NCBI GenBank assembly: GCA_001778985.1
Contig: MFIU01000002.1
Coordinates: forward strand, 139,930 to 203,929
Direction: 5' to 3'
DNA: 64,000 nt
Origin: Candidatus Giovannonibacteria bacterium RIFOXYD1_FULL_48_21
GTDB lineage: Bacteria > Patescibacteriota > Minisyncoccia > JACPKW01 > UBA11713
A program made the position numbers and the translations under genes. Under the pieces are notes generated by a model, which was not told the DNA's origin, searched no databases, and worked only from the letters and a program-made list of their open reading frames with translations. Each line of letters starts with the position of its first letter. Position 1 is the first letter of the stretch. Of this stretch, positions 8,825 through 17,833 are shown in pieces.

Positions 8825-9867
8825 CGCCCAACGGCCATCAGCTCGTTTAACTTTTGCAAAGTCAGCGGGCCGACCCTGCCGACTTGCGAAATGCCATATT
8901 GGGCCTGAATGCGTTTAACCGCGCTGGTAGTGAGCGAGCCGTAATAACCAGTAACCAGCCCTTCCGGATAGATAGCGTTATCTTTGGCAAGGAATTCCTG
9001 AAGAGTTCGAACATCGTCGCCGGTCATGCCGCGTTCAAGTTCGCGCGTAAGTCCGGCGGCCACGGGCGCGGCTGGCGTGGGCACGGCGCTCGGAGTCTGG
9101 CCAGCCCCAAAAATCTCGGCGAGCTTCGCTCTGGTTAAGGGACCTACGCGTCCAACTTGCGAAATGCCGTATTTGGCCTGGAAACGCCGGACAGCCTCAC
9201 GAGTCAAATTTCCAAAATATCCGGTGATTAATCCTTCGGGGTAAACAGATTTATCGCTTGCCAGTAAAGTCTGAAGCTTTGTGACTTCTTCACTGCTCAT
9301 GCCAAGAGAAAGGTCTTGAGTAAAAATCGGGGCGGCTCCGACGCTTACGGTCGGAATCACAACTCCGGAGGGCGTCTGAGGCACAAGGGCCGTGGTCGTG
9401 GCAACTGAAGGAGTCGTGGTTGTGCTAGTCGGGACAATGGTAATGCCACCACCACCTCCTCCGCCGCCACCTCCGCCGCCGCCTCCTCCTCCTCCGCCTG
9501 TTCCAGAATCACAAGTAGTGGAGTCAGGAGTAACGGTGAAGGTGGTTTGAGAAGCGCCAGCGCCGTTTTTAAGGATTAAGGTACTTTCAGAAGTAGAGCA
9601 TAATGAAGTAACCTGGCCAGAGCCGGTTTGAGATGTCGTATAGGTGCGCCGGGAAGGAGAAGATACGGTAATTATGTCGCCGGCATCAAGAATGACGTCG
9701 AAGTTGTTGGCGCGAACCGTAAGAGTATTGATGGCCGCGTCAGAACCAGAAACATTAAGCTCGATCCCCGCCACGCTGATGGTGGCTCCGGACTGCAAAG
9801 TGACCAGACCCGCCAAAGCGAAGAAAGGAAAGAAGAGGGCTAGGAAAATTTTCAGAAAAATTTTCAT
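8821..9867 (-). CDS. secreted protein with poly-Gly/Thr-rich linker and two peptidoglycan-binding domains
   Basis: signal peptide; two repeats of L..G..(G/S).(D/E)V..LQ..LA.D...YPEGL.TGY.G.LT..AV.R.Q..YGISQVGRVGPLT. Confidence 0.8.
   Translation of the reverse strand: MKIFLKIFLALFFPFFALAGLVTLQSGATISVAGIELNVSGSDAAINTLTVRANNFDVILDAGDIITVSSPSRRTYTTSQTGSGQVTSLCSTSESTLILKNGAGASQTTFTVTPDSTTCDSGTGGGGGGGGGGGGGGGGGGITIVPTSTTTTPSVATTTALVPQTPSGVVIPTVSVGAAPIFTQDLSLGMSSEEVTKLQTLLASDKSVYPEGLITGYFGNLTREAVRRFQAKYGISQVGRVGPLTRAKLAEIFGAGQTPSAVPTPAAPVAAGLTRELERGMTGDDVRTLQEFLAKDNAIYPEGLVTGYYGSLTTSAVKRIQAQYGISQVGRVGPLTLQKLNELMAVGR
9445..9498 (-). repeat. (GGN)18 poly-glycine tract
   Basis: 18 consecutive Gly codons with mixed third positions. 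Confidence 0.9.
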
Positions 9868-9874
9868 TTTCACT

Positions 9875-10486
9875 CTACCAGCAGGGACCGGATTCCACTA
9901 TTAGGACGCCGTCAGAGGTGTCGGTCCAAAGAAGAGTAGTTGTCGCGTTCGCATAAATCCGGTAGGAAACCCCGTCCGCCCCCTGGAGTTGAATGCATCC
10001 GCCGCGATTAGCCGCGGTCGAGCCGATTCCAATGGTGGTGGTACCGGCTGAATCTATTCCCAACTGATGAAAAGGGCTAGTGGTTCCAATGCCCACGTTT
10101 CCGCCGCCTGTGGCAAGAGTAAGACCACCCTGAATGGTAGAAGTTCCCGCGGTGGTGCTGGTCGCGTTAAATCGCTGCATAGTTAGGAGCCCGGCGATAA
10201 CAGCGTCTCCGTTTACTCCGAGAACCGTCCCTGGAGTCGAGGTTCCGATTCCCACTCGGTTCGTAGAATAGTCAGCCACTAAAGTGGAGGTGTCTACAAT
10301 TAAACCGCCGGAAAGAGTGGTGTTGACCGCGGTTCCGGTAAAGCTTACTGTCCCCGCGACCGTGAGGTTGTCGTCAGTAGTAATGCTGGTCGAGATGGTG
10401 CTCGCCGCGTACACCGCGCCCGCCACTACCAAAATCGAGGCGAGGCTCGCCAGAACAATGTTTATCTCATCACGAAATTTTCTCAT
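9875..10486 (-). CDS. secreted Ser/Thr-rich beta-structure surface protein
   Basis: signal peptide ending AVYA; two VGIGT(S/T)(T/S)P repeats. Confidence 0.65.
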   Translation of the reverse strand: MRKFRDEINIVLASLASILVVAGAVYAASTISTSITTDDNLTVAGTVSFTGTAVNTTLSGGLIVDTSTLVADYSTNRVGIGTSTPGTVLGVNGDAVIAGLLTMQRFNATSTTAGTSTIQGGLTLATGGGNVGIGTTSPFHQLGIDSAGTTTIGIGSTAANRGGCIQLQGADGVSYRIYANATTTLLWTDTSDGVLIVESGPCW

Positions 10487-10572
10487 GTAAAATACAAACA
10501 AATTAAATAAAAGCGACCCAAGCTTATATACTTTATAATAGCCGTAAAAAAATTATGCGGAAGTGGATAAGT

Positions 10573-12792
10573 TTAAGGATTGCGGCCGGCTTGGATTTCG
10601 GAGATAAGGCGTTCCCCTTCCGGCTTAAACCTAGCGTCGAGTTCCATGGCCTTTCTTATCTCTAAAATCGCGTTTTGCCTCTGGCCGAGCTTCAGATAGC
10701 TTGCCGCTAAACTCACGCGATACTGGGGATTAGAGGGCTCTTCCTCCAATAATTTAAGCCAGATGTCCCGAACCCGGTCATATCTCGAGACGGCGGCGTA
10801 AGCATTCAAAAGACGCTTTTCGGGAAAAATCTTCGCGCCGAAATGCTTTTGAGAAAGTTCCTCGGCAAATTCCACTTGGCCGTTAATCACGGAGACGATA
10901 ATAAAATTTTTAATCGCCTCACTGTAACTGGGGTCTGATTCGTAAGCTTGGCGCACAAGCTCGAGCGCTTTTTCTTTTTGATTCAAGGAAATATAGACGT
11001 CGGCCAGGAGAAATATTATCTGCTGTTTTTTAGGCGAGAGGGCCAGAGCTTTTTCCAAACTATTTCTGGATTCGTCCAAGCGGCCTTGGCGGCTTTGCAG
11101 GATGGCCAGAAAAAGCCAGCCGCGGGCGTCATCCGGAGATTCATGAACTTGTTTTTCCATTTCGGAAACGGCCTTGGTTATGACTTTTTGTTTTTCTTCA
11201 AGAGGCAAATTGGAAGCAATAACTTGGTTAGTGTATCCAGCCAGCTGTTCCCGAACCTCTTGTCCTCCAAAAGTTTCGAGTTTTAAAGCTTTTTCAAAAT
11301 CTCCCAAAATCAAATCAGTATCCTGGCCGCGCGCGGCCATGTCCTGGAGAGCGTTTAAAAGAAATTTTGAGGCCAAGAGCGGTTTTAAATTCGCCCAATA
11401 GAGCGAGGTTAAAACTCCCAAAAAAACAAAAACCGCCAGCGCCAGCTTGCGCGGGTCTAACTGAGGCCCGACCTCGGCGTAGTGAGGTCGGATCTCGGAA
11501 TTGGAACGGGCCCGAAAATTTATAAAGCCGAGCACGGAAAAAAACAAAAAATAAGAAGTGAGATTGTCGAAAACGAAAAGATTATGGAAAAAATAAGCCG
11601 CGAACAGAGAAGTTAGAGTAATGGGCAGGAGGATATCGGAAGAATTTCTCCACAAGAGGTATAGGGAGACGACAAAAATAGAAAGATAAGCCAGGAGCCC
11701 TAAAATTCCGGAGGAAATCAGCCAATCAAAGAAAACATTGTGCGCCCGGTCAAACCACGGCTCTTGCGACCAGAGCTCGGGCCGGAAATATTTATTGAAA
11801 ACCAGATTAAAATTCTCAAGCCCCCAGCCTAAAATCGGATTTTCTTTTGAGCCTTCCAGCGCCATGGACCAGATGGTAAGACGAGAGGTTACGGTCTGCT
11901 CTTGAAAGGAAAGGTTACGAAAACGAGACAAGATGTATTGTTCTTTGGCGAAATCAGTATCTTTAATCATCCAAAAAACAGCGAGGAGAATCAGGATGAC
12001 TCCCAGCGAACTGAAAGCGATGACGCGAAAACGTTTGGATTTCCCGAAAATTGCCAATAAAAGGGAAAAGAGAAAAAGGCCGCCGACCAGCCCCAAAATA
12101 GCGCCGCGGGTAGCGGTGAAAAACACTATGGGAAGCTCAAATAAAAAAACAACGCCGGAGAGAAGCTTGGCCCAAAGTTTCGAAGAAGAGAGGAAAACGT
12201 AGATTAAGAAAAAAAGGTGGAAAATTATGAAAATAGCGAGGTAGGTGGAATTTCCCAGGGTGGCGTCAACCCTGGTGCCGGATTGATAGATTCTGATTTT
12301 ACCCAAAAGCTGAAGGTAGCCGTAAAAAGAAATGATGACGCTTACTCCCGCCAAAACCGCGAAAAAGCGCTTCCAGTCTTTCTCTTCCCTGAAAACGCTC
12401 GTCAGCACCAGAAAATACGCGAAAAGATGCAGATGAGAAATCAAACCCTCCATCCGCTCGTAATTGGACCAGAAGCTGCGGTAAGGATTCGCTCCCAGAA
12501 AAGTGGAAAGAATTAAAATTCCAAGCGTGGCCGAAACCGCCCAGAAAAGCAAAGTCGGCCGCGGAGCGTATTTTTTGTCGAAAGCCCAGAGAAAGACCCA
12601 GAGCGCCAAGAGAATTTCGACGATTATTCTAAAAAAGAAGTTTTTGCCGGTGATGAAAGGGAAAAACAAATCCCCAGCCCCTGGAAGAAAAAGTTTTCCA
12701 AAAAATCCTCCGGCGATTATCAGCGATAAAACCGGAAGAAGATATAAAAAAAATTTCGCGGCCTTCTCGAGGTAAGAAGTAAAATTTCGCAT
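10573..12792 (-). CDS. O-antigen ligase (Wzy_C) family oligosaccharyltransferase with C-terminal TPRs
   Basis: multiple TM helices, ATLGNSTY, TATRGA, GWGLENF, DRAHN motif, TPR tail. Confidence 0.88.
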   Translation of the reverse strand: MRNFTSYLEKAAKFFLYLLPVLSLIIAGGFFGKLFLPGAGDLFFPFITGKNFFFRIIVEILLALWVFLWAFDKKYAPRPTLLFWAVSATLGILILSTFLGANPYRSFWSNYERMEGLISHLHLFAYFLVLTSVFREEKDWKRFFAVLAGVSVIISFYGYLQLLGKIRIYQSGTRVDATLGNSTYLAIFIIFHLFFLIYVFLSSSKLWAKLLSGVVFLFELPIVFFTATRGAILGLVGGLFLFSLLLAIFGKSKRFRVIAFSSLGVILILLAVFWMIKDTDFAKEQYILSRFRNLSFQEQTVTSRLTIWSMALEGSKENPILGWGLENFNLVFNKYFRPELWSQEPWFDRAHNVFFDWLISSGILGLLAYLSIFVVSLYLLWRNSSDILLPITLTSLFAAYFFHNLFVFDNLTSYFLFFSVLGFINFRARSNSEIRPHYAEVGPQLDPRKLALAVFVFLGVLTSLYWANLKPLLASKFLLNALQDMAARGQDTDLILGDFEKALKLETFGGQEVREQLAGYTNQVIASNLPLEEKQKVITKAVSEMEKQVHESPDDARGWLFLAILQSRQGRLDESRNSLEKALALSPKKQQIIFLLADVYISLNQKEKALELVRQAYESDPSYSEAIKNFIIVSVINGQVEFAEELSQKHFGAKIFPEKRLLNAYAAVSRYDRVRDIWLKLLEEEPSNPQYRVSLAASYLKLGQRQNAILEIRKAMELDARFKPEGERLISEIQAGRNP
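11463..11496. repeat. REP-like inverted doublet inside the ligase gene
   Basis: GAGGCCCGACCTC-ggcgtagt-GAGGTCGGATCTC (11/13 complementary). Confidence 0.55.
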
Positions 12793-12813
12793 AATGTTTC
12801 AATGATAATATAG

Positions 12814-12848
12814 AAGGCCCGATCCCGCAAAACGCAGGACCGGGCCTT
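12814..12848 (-). terminator. terminator-like hairpin after 12869..13981
   Basis: AAGGCCCG...CGGGCCTT stem with inner pairing. Confidence 0.55.
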
Positions 12849-12868
12849 ACTTCGACTATGCCTACGAA

Positions 12869-13981
12869 CTACAGGAACTTCATGACCGCATCAGCGATTC
12901 TGACAGCGGCGCCTGGCTTCTCGAGGTCTTTGAAAGGCAAAGAGCGGTGTTCCAGCGTGTAGTGTCGGAGGGCAATCTCGTCGTTTCTGATTTTGCTAAG
13001 GAGCCTCCCGACTCTACTGGGATTTTCCGCTCCCCAATTTGGATCCTCTATTAAAAGCGGGGGGACGCCGTTGATAAAACCGGAGGCAATTCTTGCTTCT
13101 TCATCATCATAGTCGTACATCCTTTTTGCAAATTCTCCGCTTGGAAAAAGAGGTGTTATGGTTGGAATGCCCCGCAGCACCGCTTTGTACCCATCCGTGC
13201 CTCCAAAAGGTACAACCACCGCATTCGAAGAGAGATAGAGCTCTATCAAGTCAACCTCACGGGCATTGGGCACAAATTTAATTGGGCAAGAGACAAGTTT
13301 TTCCCAAAGCTCCTCTTTCTTGAGATGCTTAGGGTGTGGCCTCCATGCCACAATCGTGTCTTTGTCGATTGGAATGGTTCTCGCGATTTCCCCAACATGC
13401 GCGACTGCCATTTTATTCGGCTCTCCTTGAAATCCCCAACTCACCAAGAAGTCAGATTGAGAAACTCCAAGCCTTTCCCGAATCCTCGATCGGATCAAAG
13501 GAATTTCTTCGATTGGCGGAATCGCGCCGAAACTTGGCTTGCCGACTTCGATTGTACCAATATGCGGCCGGACATTTGAGACAATTTGGGAGGCAAGCTC
13601 ATCAACTGTGAGCATTACATTAGGATCAGCGCCTCTTTCGTTTGCCTGCTCGCCGGTTCCCCAAAGATCCTCATACCATAAGACGGGGACTTCATTTGCC
13701 TTTCCAAAATTTGTCCAGGCAACCTGCGATTCGGCGTAGCCTGAACTTGTTCCGCACAGAATGACCGAAGGTTTGGGCCCCTTGTACTCCCCTGGTGAGA
13801 GAGTCGCATACGAGATTCCTTTTTTCTCGAGAACATCAGTTCGAGCTTTTCCTTTAGGGTCGGCAAACCAGTTCACGGGTATGTGCCTATCCTCCAGTTC
13901 TTTCGCGGCCAGCGCAAGATCTAACGCGCTTCCGTTGTCTCCAACAATAACAAAAACCTCTCCACTGCCTTTTTGTGCCAT
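12869..13981 (-). CDS. hypothetical GT-B-fold protein (distant relative of CDP-glycerol/CMP-sugar transferases)
   Basis: VGKPSF, WRPHP, GIPTI, C-terminal GAAVRIADAV; strong SD AAGGAGGT. Confidence 0.5.
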   Translation of the reverse strand: MAQKGSGEVFVIVGDNGSALDLALAAKELEDRHIPVNWFADPKGKARTDVLEKKGISYATLSPGEYKGPKPSVILCGTSSGYAESQVAWTNFGKANEVPVLWYEDLWGTGEQANERGADPNVMLTVDELASQIVSNVRPHIGTIEVGKPSFGAIPPIEEIPLIRSRIRERLGVSQSDFLVSWGFQGEPNKMAVAHVGEIARTIPIDKDTIVAWRPHPKHLKKEELWEKLVSCPIKFVPNAREVDLIELYLSSNAVVVPFGGTDGYKAVLRGIPTITPLFPSGEFAKRMYDYDDEEARIASGFINGVPPLLIEDPNWGAENPSRVGRLLSKIRNDEIALRHYTLEHRSLPFKDLEKPGAAVRIADAVMKFL

Positions 13982-13986
13982 CGCGC

Positions 13987-14037
13987 ACCTCCTTAAAGAA
14001 TTTTCTACATTCTAAAAAACTTCTGCCAAGAAGTCAA
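13987..14037 (-). promoter_or_regulatory. promoter and SD for 12869..13981
   Basis: TTGACT (14037-14032), 17 bp, TAGAAT (14014-14009); AAGGAGGT at 13994-13987. Confidence 0.65.
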
Positions 14038-14065
14038 GACCGCCTTAAATTGATATTTCTGTGCC

Positions 14066-14088
14066 ACTTGGACATACGATTTCCAAGT
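14066..14088. repeat. REP-like hairpin, copy 1
   Basis: ACTTGGACATACGATTTCCAAGT. Confidence 0.75.
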
Positions 14089-14096
14089 TTCAAGTT

Positions 14097-14744
14097 CTAC
14101 TCTAAAAGCAGCAACTCTAGTTCTTTAGCTAATTTCTTCCGCTCTATGATGTCAGGTAAAGAATCCTCGGCAAAAGTTTTATATTCGCCTCTATTCCGGA
14201 ACTGTTTTAAGATGACGCCATTTTCACAAAATTTCTTTGGAGAGCTGCTAATATATTCAGACCAACTTGACCTAAATGTTTCACCCCTAAGTCGGTGGGC
14301 GAGATTATTTAAATTCACGTAGGCACTAGTGTATAAAAGGTACTCGTTAGAATTTATGTGTGAGGATTTGAATCTTCCTTGAAAAAGAACTCCGTTTCTT
14401 TTATACCTGATATTAAAATATTTAGTGTAGCCGATACTCAATCTCCTCATAAATTCACTTATGCCATCGTCAATCACCGGTTCAAGGATAAGATGGTAAT
14501 GATTAGGATTCAAACAGTAACATACGACATTAACCAATTTAGAAGTTTTGGACTTGCGATGTCCAAATTTCATTTTAAAAAAATTATTTTCATAAAGGCT
14601 TCCAATCGGCTCTATGGTATTAAACTCTTCCATACTTTGGAGAAAGCGATCAAAATCTTTCCGTTGAGTAAAAATCGTCCTCTTATCTACTCCACGATTA
14701 TAGACGTGAAAAAATTCGCCGGCCGCGAATGGTATTTTCCTCAT
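14097..14744 (-). CDS. REP-associated tyrosine transposase (RAYT, IS200/IS605-like Y1 HUH)
   Basis: FHVYNRGVDKRTIF, YCLNPNHYHL (HUH), YFNIRYKRNGVLFQGRFKS, YVNLN, SSWSEY. Confidence 0.9.
   Translation of the reverse strand: MRKIPFAAGEFFHVYNRGVDKRTIFTQRKDFDRFLQSMEEFNTIEPIGSLYENNFFKMKFGHRKSKTSKLVNVVCYCLNPNHYHLILEPVIDDGISEFMRRLSIGYTKYFNIRYKRNGVLFQGRFKSSHINSNEYLLYTSAYVNLNNLAHRLRGETFRSSWSEYISSSPKKFCENGVILKQFRNRGEYKTFAEDSLPDIIERKKLAKELELLLLE
14547..14567. repeat. REP-like hairpin inside the RAYT gene
   Basis: TTTGGACTTGCGATGTCCAAA, resembles the flanking copies. Confidence 0.6.
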
Positions 14745-14758
14745 GGTCTAATTTTAAT

Positions 14759-14781
14759 ACTTGGACATGCGATTTCCAAGT
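14759..14781. repeat. REP-like hairpin, copy 2
   Basis: ACTTGGACATGCGATTTCCAAGT, 22/23 identical to copy 1, same orientation. Confidence 0.75.
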
Positions 14782-14790
14782 TTTCCGTTT

Positions 14791-15434
14791 CTACGAGAGA
14801 AGAATAAGCAAGACTCCGGCGAGAGCGAGGCCGGCGCCCAAAAGTTTTCTGGAAATATTTTTTTCACGGAAGAAGAGCCAGCCCCGTAAGCAAAAATTCG
14901 ATTCGAATAGAGCACGGTCAGCTTGTCGAAGTTAACTGAAACCGAAGCCAAAAGCGCCACGAGCAAGCCCAAAAGATTTCCTTTTCTGAAATCTGGAACA
15001 TTATTCCGAGCCGGCACAACTTGACCAAGAGTCCATAACCCCAAAACCGACAAGACCACCCCCGCCATGCCGTAGACCGGAGGAAGTTCTCCCAAAAAAA
15101 TCCAGCCCGTAAAAAGCAAAAACACCGGCGCGGCAAGACTCATTGAATACACTGAGGAAAATTCTCCCAACTCGTAAGCCCGAAGTCCCAGAGGAAGCAT
15201 TATGATATTTAGGGTACTGGTTATCAAAACTGCCGGCCAAAAACCAGGTTTTAAATCAGGGAATCCTAAAAATAAAAAAGAAGCGGCGAGGAGAATCAGC
15301 GAAGCCGTGGCCGTCACCACCAGACCGATTCCAATCTTTGAAAACCGGGCCACTCTCACCGCCTCATTGGACAAGGCGTTAAGAACTGACTGCGCCAAGG
15401 CAGACCCTAACGCGAAAAAAAACCACAGAAACAT
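14791..15434 (-). pseudogene. EamA/DMT transporter with internal deletion and frameshift
   Basis: EamA sequence to ...YSNRIFA; the canonical end GWLFFREKNISRKLLGAGLALAGVLLILLS* is in another frame with TAG at 14791. Confidence 0.65.
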
Positions 15435-15436
15435 AC

Positions 15437-16159
15437 TCAAGCGAGGCCGAGTTCTTGTATATTTTTCTCGGCCTCGGCCCAGTCTTTCAAATTGTCGATG
15501 TTGGCGCTGTATTTTTCTTCCATGACGTAGCCCACGACTTTATCGCCGTAAAAATTCGGTTCGTTTTCGTCAAACAAAAGTTCGCGCTTGAAAATATAGA
15601 CAGCACTGTTGTGAATATAGACTTTCGGCAAAAGCTGGCGCTGATAAACGCGCTTTCGCATCGGCTCCCCGCTCACAAAAAGTTTGACCAAACCTTTCTC
15701 GTCCATTTTAAGCGCCCACATCGGATTGAAGTGAGTCGGAATTTCAATCACGCTCACCACCGAGTCCGTTTTGGTTTTTTTGATAAGTTCGGCAGCTTCT
15801 TTGATATGCCAGGACTGGCGCAGGGGCGAGGTCGGTTGGAGAATTACGACGTAATTCGGAAAATAATTTTGATTGTCCCCGAGCCACTTGACCGCGTGCT
15901 GCATCACCGGCAGATGCGGGGTTTTGTCTTGGGCGAGTTCGGCCGGCCGCAGAAACGGAACTTCCACTCCCCACTTCTCGCCGACCGCCGCGATTTCTTT
16001 GTCGTCCGTGGACAAAATTATCCGGTCAAAAACACCGGAATTTTTCGCGGCCTCGATAGTCCAGGCGAGCAAGGGTTTCCCGCCAAGCTCTTTGATATTT
16101 TTTTTCGGGATGGATTTTGACCCTCCCCGCGCCGTGATAACTCCAAGAATCTTCGGCAT
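15437..16159 (-). CDS. neuA: acylneuraminate cytidylyltransferase (NeuA family)
   Basis: ITARGGSKSIPKKN, STDD, FLRPAELA, LQPTSPLR, NID. Confidence 0.92.
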   Translation of the reverse strand: MPKILGVITARGGSKSIPKKNIKELGGKPLLAWTIEAAKNSGVFDRIILSTDDKEIAAVGEKWGVEVPFLRPAELAQDKTPHLPVMQHAVKWLGDNQNYFPNYVVILQPTSPLRQSWHIKEAAELIKKTKTDSVVSVIEIPTHFNPMWALKMDEKGLVKLFVSGEPMRKRVYQRQLLPKVYIHNSAVYIFKRELLFDENEPNFYGDKVVGYVMEEKYSANIDNLKDWAEAEKNIQELGLA

Positions 16160-16201
16160 AATAACTATAACTATAGTAAAAATTTGCGGTTTTACAACAA
16201 A

Positions 16202-16234
16202 AAAGAGGCGGTCTCTATGAGAGACTGCCTCTTT
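16202..16234 (-). terminator. intrinsic terminator
   Basis: AAAGAGGCGGTCTC/GAGACTGCCTCTTT stem, T-rich tail on the minus strand. Confidence 0.7.
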
Positions 16235-16246
16235 CCCTCGGTGGAA

Positions 16247-16732
16247 CTAACGTCTACTCACTATTACTGCAACGCCGAGAATAATGAGCAGGATGCCCAG
16301 AAAATGATAGAAATCCATCCTTACCGTATCAAAAAATCTGGGCATCAATGAACTGAAAAGAGCGGAGAGAAGGAATACGAACACAATCGCACTACTCTGA
16401 ATCGCAATCGGCAATCCGGGGTTTGGCGCTGCTGGAATAGCGCTGAACAGAAACAGATTTGTTAATGCGCCAAGTAAGATGCCAACCATAAACGGCGGCA
16501 AGAATTTTGACACCGAGAAGAAGGCTATGTCCCTTGCTGCGGTCGGTATCACTCCAGAAAGCATAAGGATGCTTGCGGCTCCGACTGACGTGCCGGCAAA
16601 ATACCCAACCATCGTTATCTCCGCGCTAATAGCGAAATTCTTCTTTAAGAAATCTATAGATAGCCAGGCGGGGATAACAAAAATAAGAGAAATTATGGAC
16701 TTCGCAACCCATCCAAGCTCTAAAAACTTCAT
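16247..16732 (-). CDS. single-domain EamA/DMT-like membrane protein
   Basis: about five TM helices, AAPNPGLPIAI, C-terminal GILLIILGVAVI; SD GGAGGT. Confidence 0.65.
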   Translation of the reverse strand: MKFLELGWVAKSIISLIFVIPAWLSIDFLKKNFAISAEITMVGYFAGTSVGAASILMLSGVIPTAARDIAFFSVSKFLPPFMVGILLGALTNLFLFSAIPAAPNPGLPIAIQSSAIVFVFLLSALFSSLMPRFFDTVRMDFYHFLGILLIILGVAVIVSRR

Positions 16733-16810
16733 ACAGCACCTCCATATATTAAGGATTTTAAAAAATTATACTATTTTATTTTAAATAACACAAGGGTCGG
16801 CAAATTTACT

Positions 16811-17833
16811 CTATTTAATGTTTAAATCCTCCCATTTAATAAGCTCGTCCTTTTTAATATCACGGGCGGCTTTGCTCCCAACGACCTTAGGCAATTCTTT
16901 CGCCGGAATGCCGTCTGCAAGGGGGCGCTTGGCGCCGACGCTCGAAGCCAAGATGGTTTCGCCAGCCGAAATATCCTCCAAGGCCACGACGCCGTGCCGC
17001 GCCCAACTTATCACCTCTTTCTCTTCATCTAAAATTCTTTTTTCGCTTCCGCAGGCTTTTTCTATTTTTCTGATACCGTCAACTAAAATTTTCCATTCCT
17101 GCGGCTCAAGAGATATTTTGTGATCTCCGGTGCCGCTCTGGTTCCGATCAAGCGTGTAATGCTTCTCAATCAGATTTACGCCGTAAGGAACCGAGGCAAT
17201 CGCGGAAAAGATCTCCGGCGTATGGTCAGATAAGCCTATGGGCACCTTAAAGCGCTCGCGCAAAACTTTAATCATGGCGAGATTCAGCGCTTCATAACGA
17301 GGCGGATATAAAGAAACCGTATGCAACACGATATAAGGCGCGCTGAACTTTTTCATGGCCTGGACGGCTTCTTCAATTTCATCGAAATTACTCATTCCGG
17401 TTGAAATGATTACGGGCTTTCCTTTTTTAGCGATATGTTCAAGCAAGGGAAGATTGGTCATTTCCCCGGAGCCGACTTTAAACGCGACGACCCCCATCGC
17501 TTCGAGTTCGTCCGCGGCGCGCGGAGAGAAAGGAGTGCAAAGAAAACATAAACCAAATCCTTCGGCAATTTTTTTCAGTTCAGAAATCTCTCCGGCGGAC
17601 AAAGAGCGCTTTTGCATTGATTCGAACTTGGGATGGCGGCGAATCATTTCTTCCTCCGGAATATGCAATTGGAATTTTACCGCATCAACTCCGGTGTCTT
17701 TTATTATTTCAATCATTCTCTTGGCCGTTTCAAAATCTCCATTATGAGCGTTGGCCACCTCGGCGACAATAAAAACCGGAAAACCCTCGCCTATATCCTT
17801 ATTGCAAATTTTTATGCTAGCCGCGGCTTCCAT
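16811..17833 (-). CDS. neuB: N-acetylneuraminate/nonulosonate synthase NeuB family (with SAF domain)
   Basis: AEVANAHNGD, VKFQ, TPFS, KVGSGE, ISTGM, GLSDHT, EKHYTLD. Confidence 0.92.
   Translation of the reverse strand: MEAAASIKICNKDIGEGFPVFIVAEVANAHNGDFETAKRMIEIIKDTGVDAVKFQLHIPEEEMIRRHPKFESMQKRSLSAGEISELKKIAEGFGLCFLCTPFSPRAADELEAMGVVAFKVGSGEMTNLPLLEHIAKKGKPVIISTGMSNFDEIEEAVQAMKKFSAPYIVLHTVSLYPPRYEALNLAMIKVLRERFKVPIGLSDHTPEIFSAIASVPYGVNLIEKHYTLDRNQSGTGDHKISLEPQEWKILVDGIRKIEKACGSEKRILDEEKEVISWARHGVVALEDISAGETILASSVGAKRPLADGIPAKELPKVVGSKAARDIKKDELIKWEDLNIK

Noticed and set aside
9445-9498. Poly-Gly tract as a phase-variable repeat
   Set aside because: Mixed third positions and a triplet unit indicate a protein linker; slippage would not shift the frame
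10562-10570. DnaA-box-like AGTGGATAA (and TGTGGAAAA at 7559)
   Set aside because: Isolated 8/9 matches with no cluster and no dnaA nearby; not an origin
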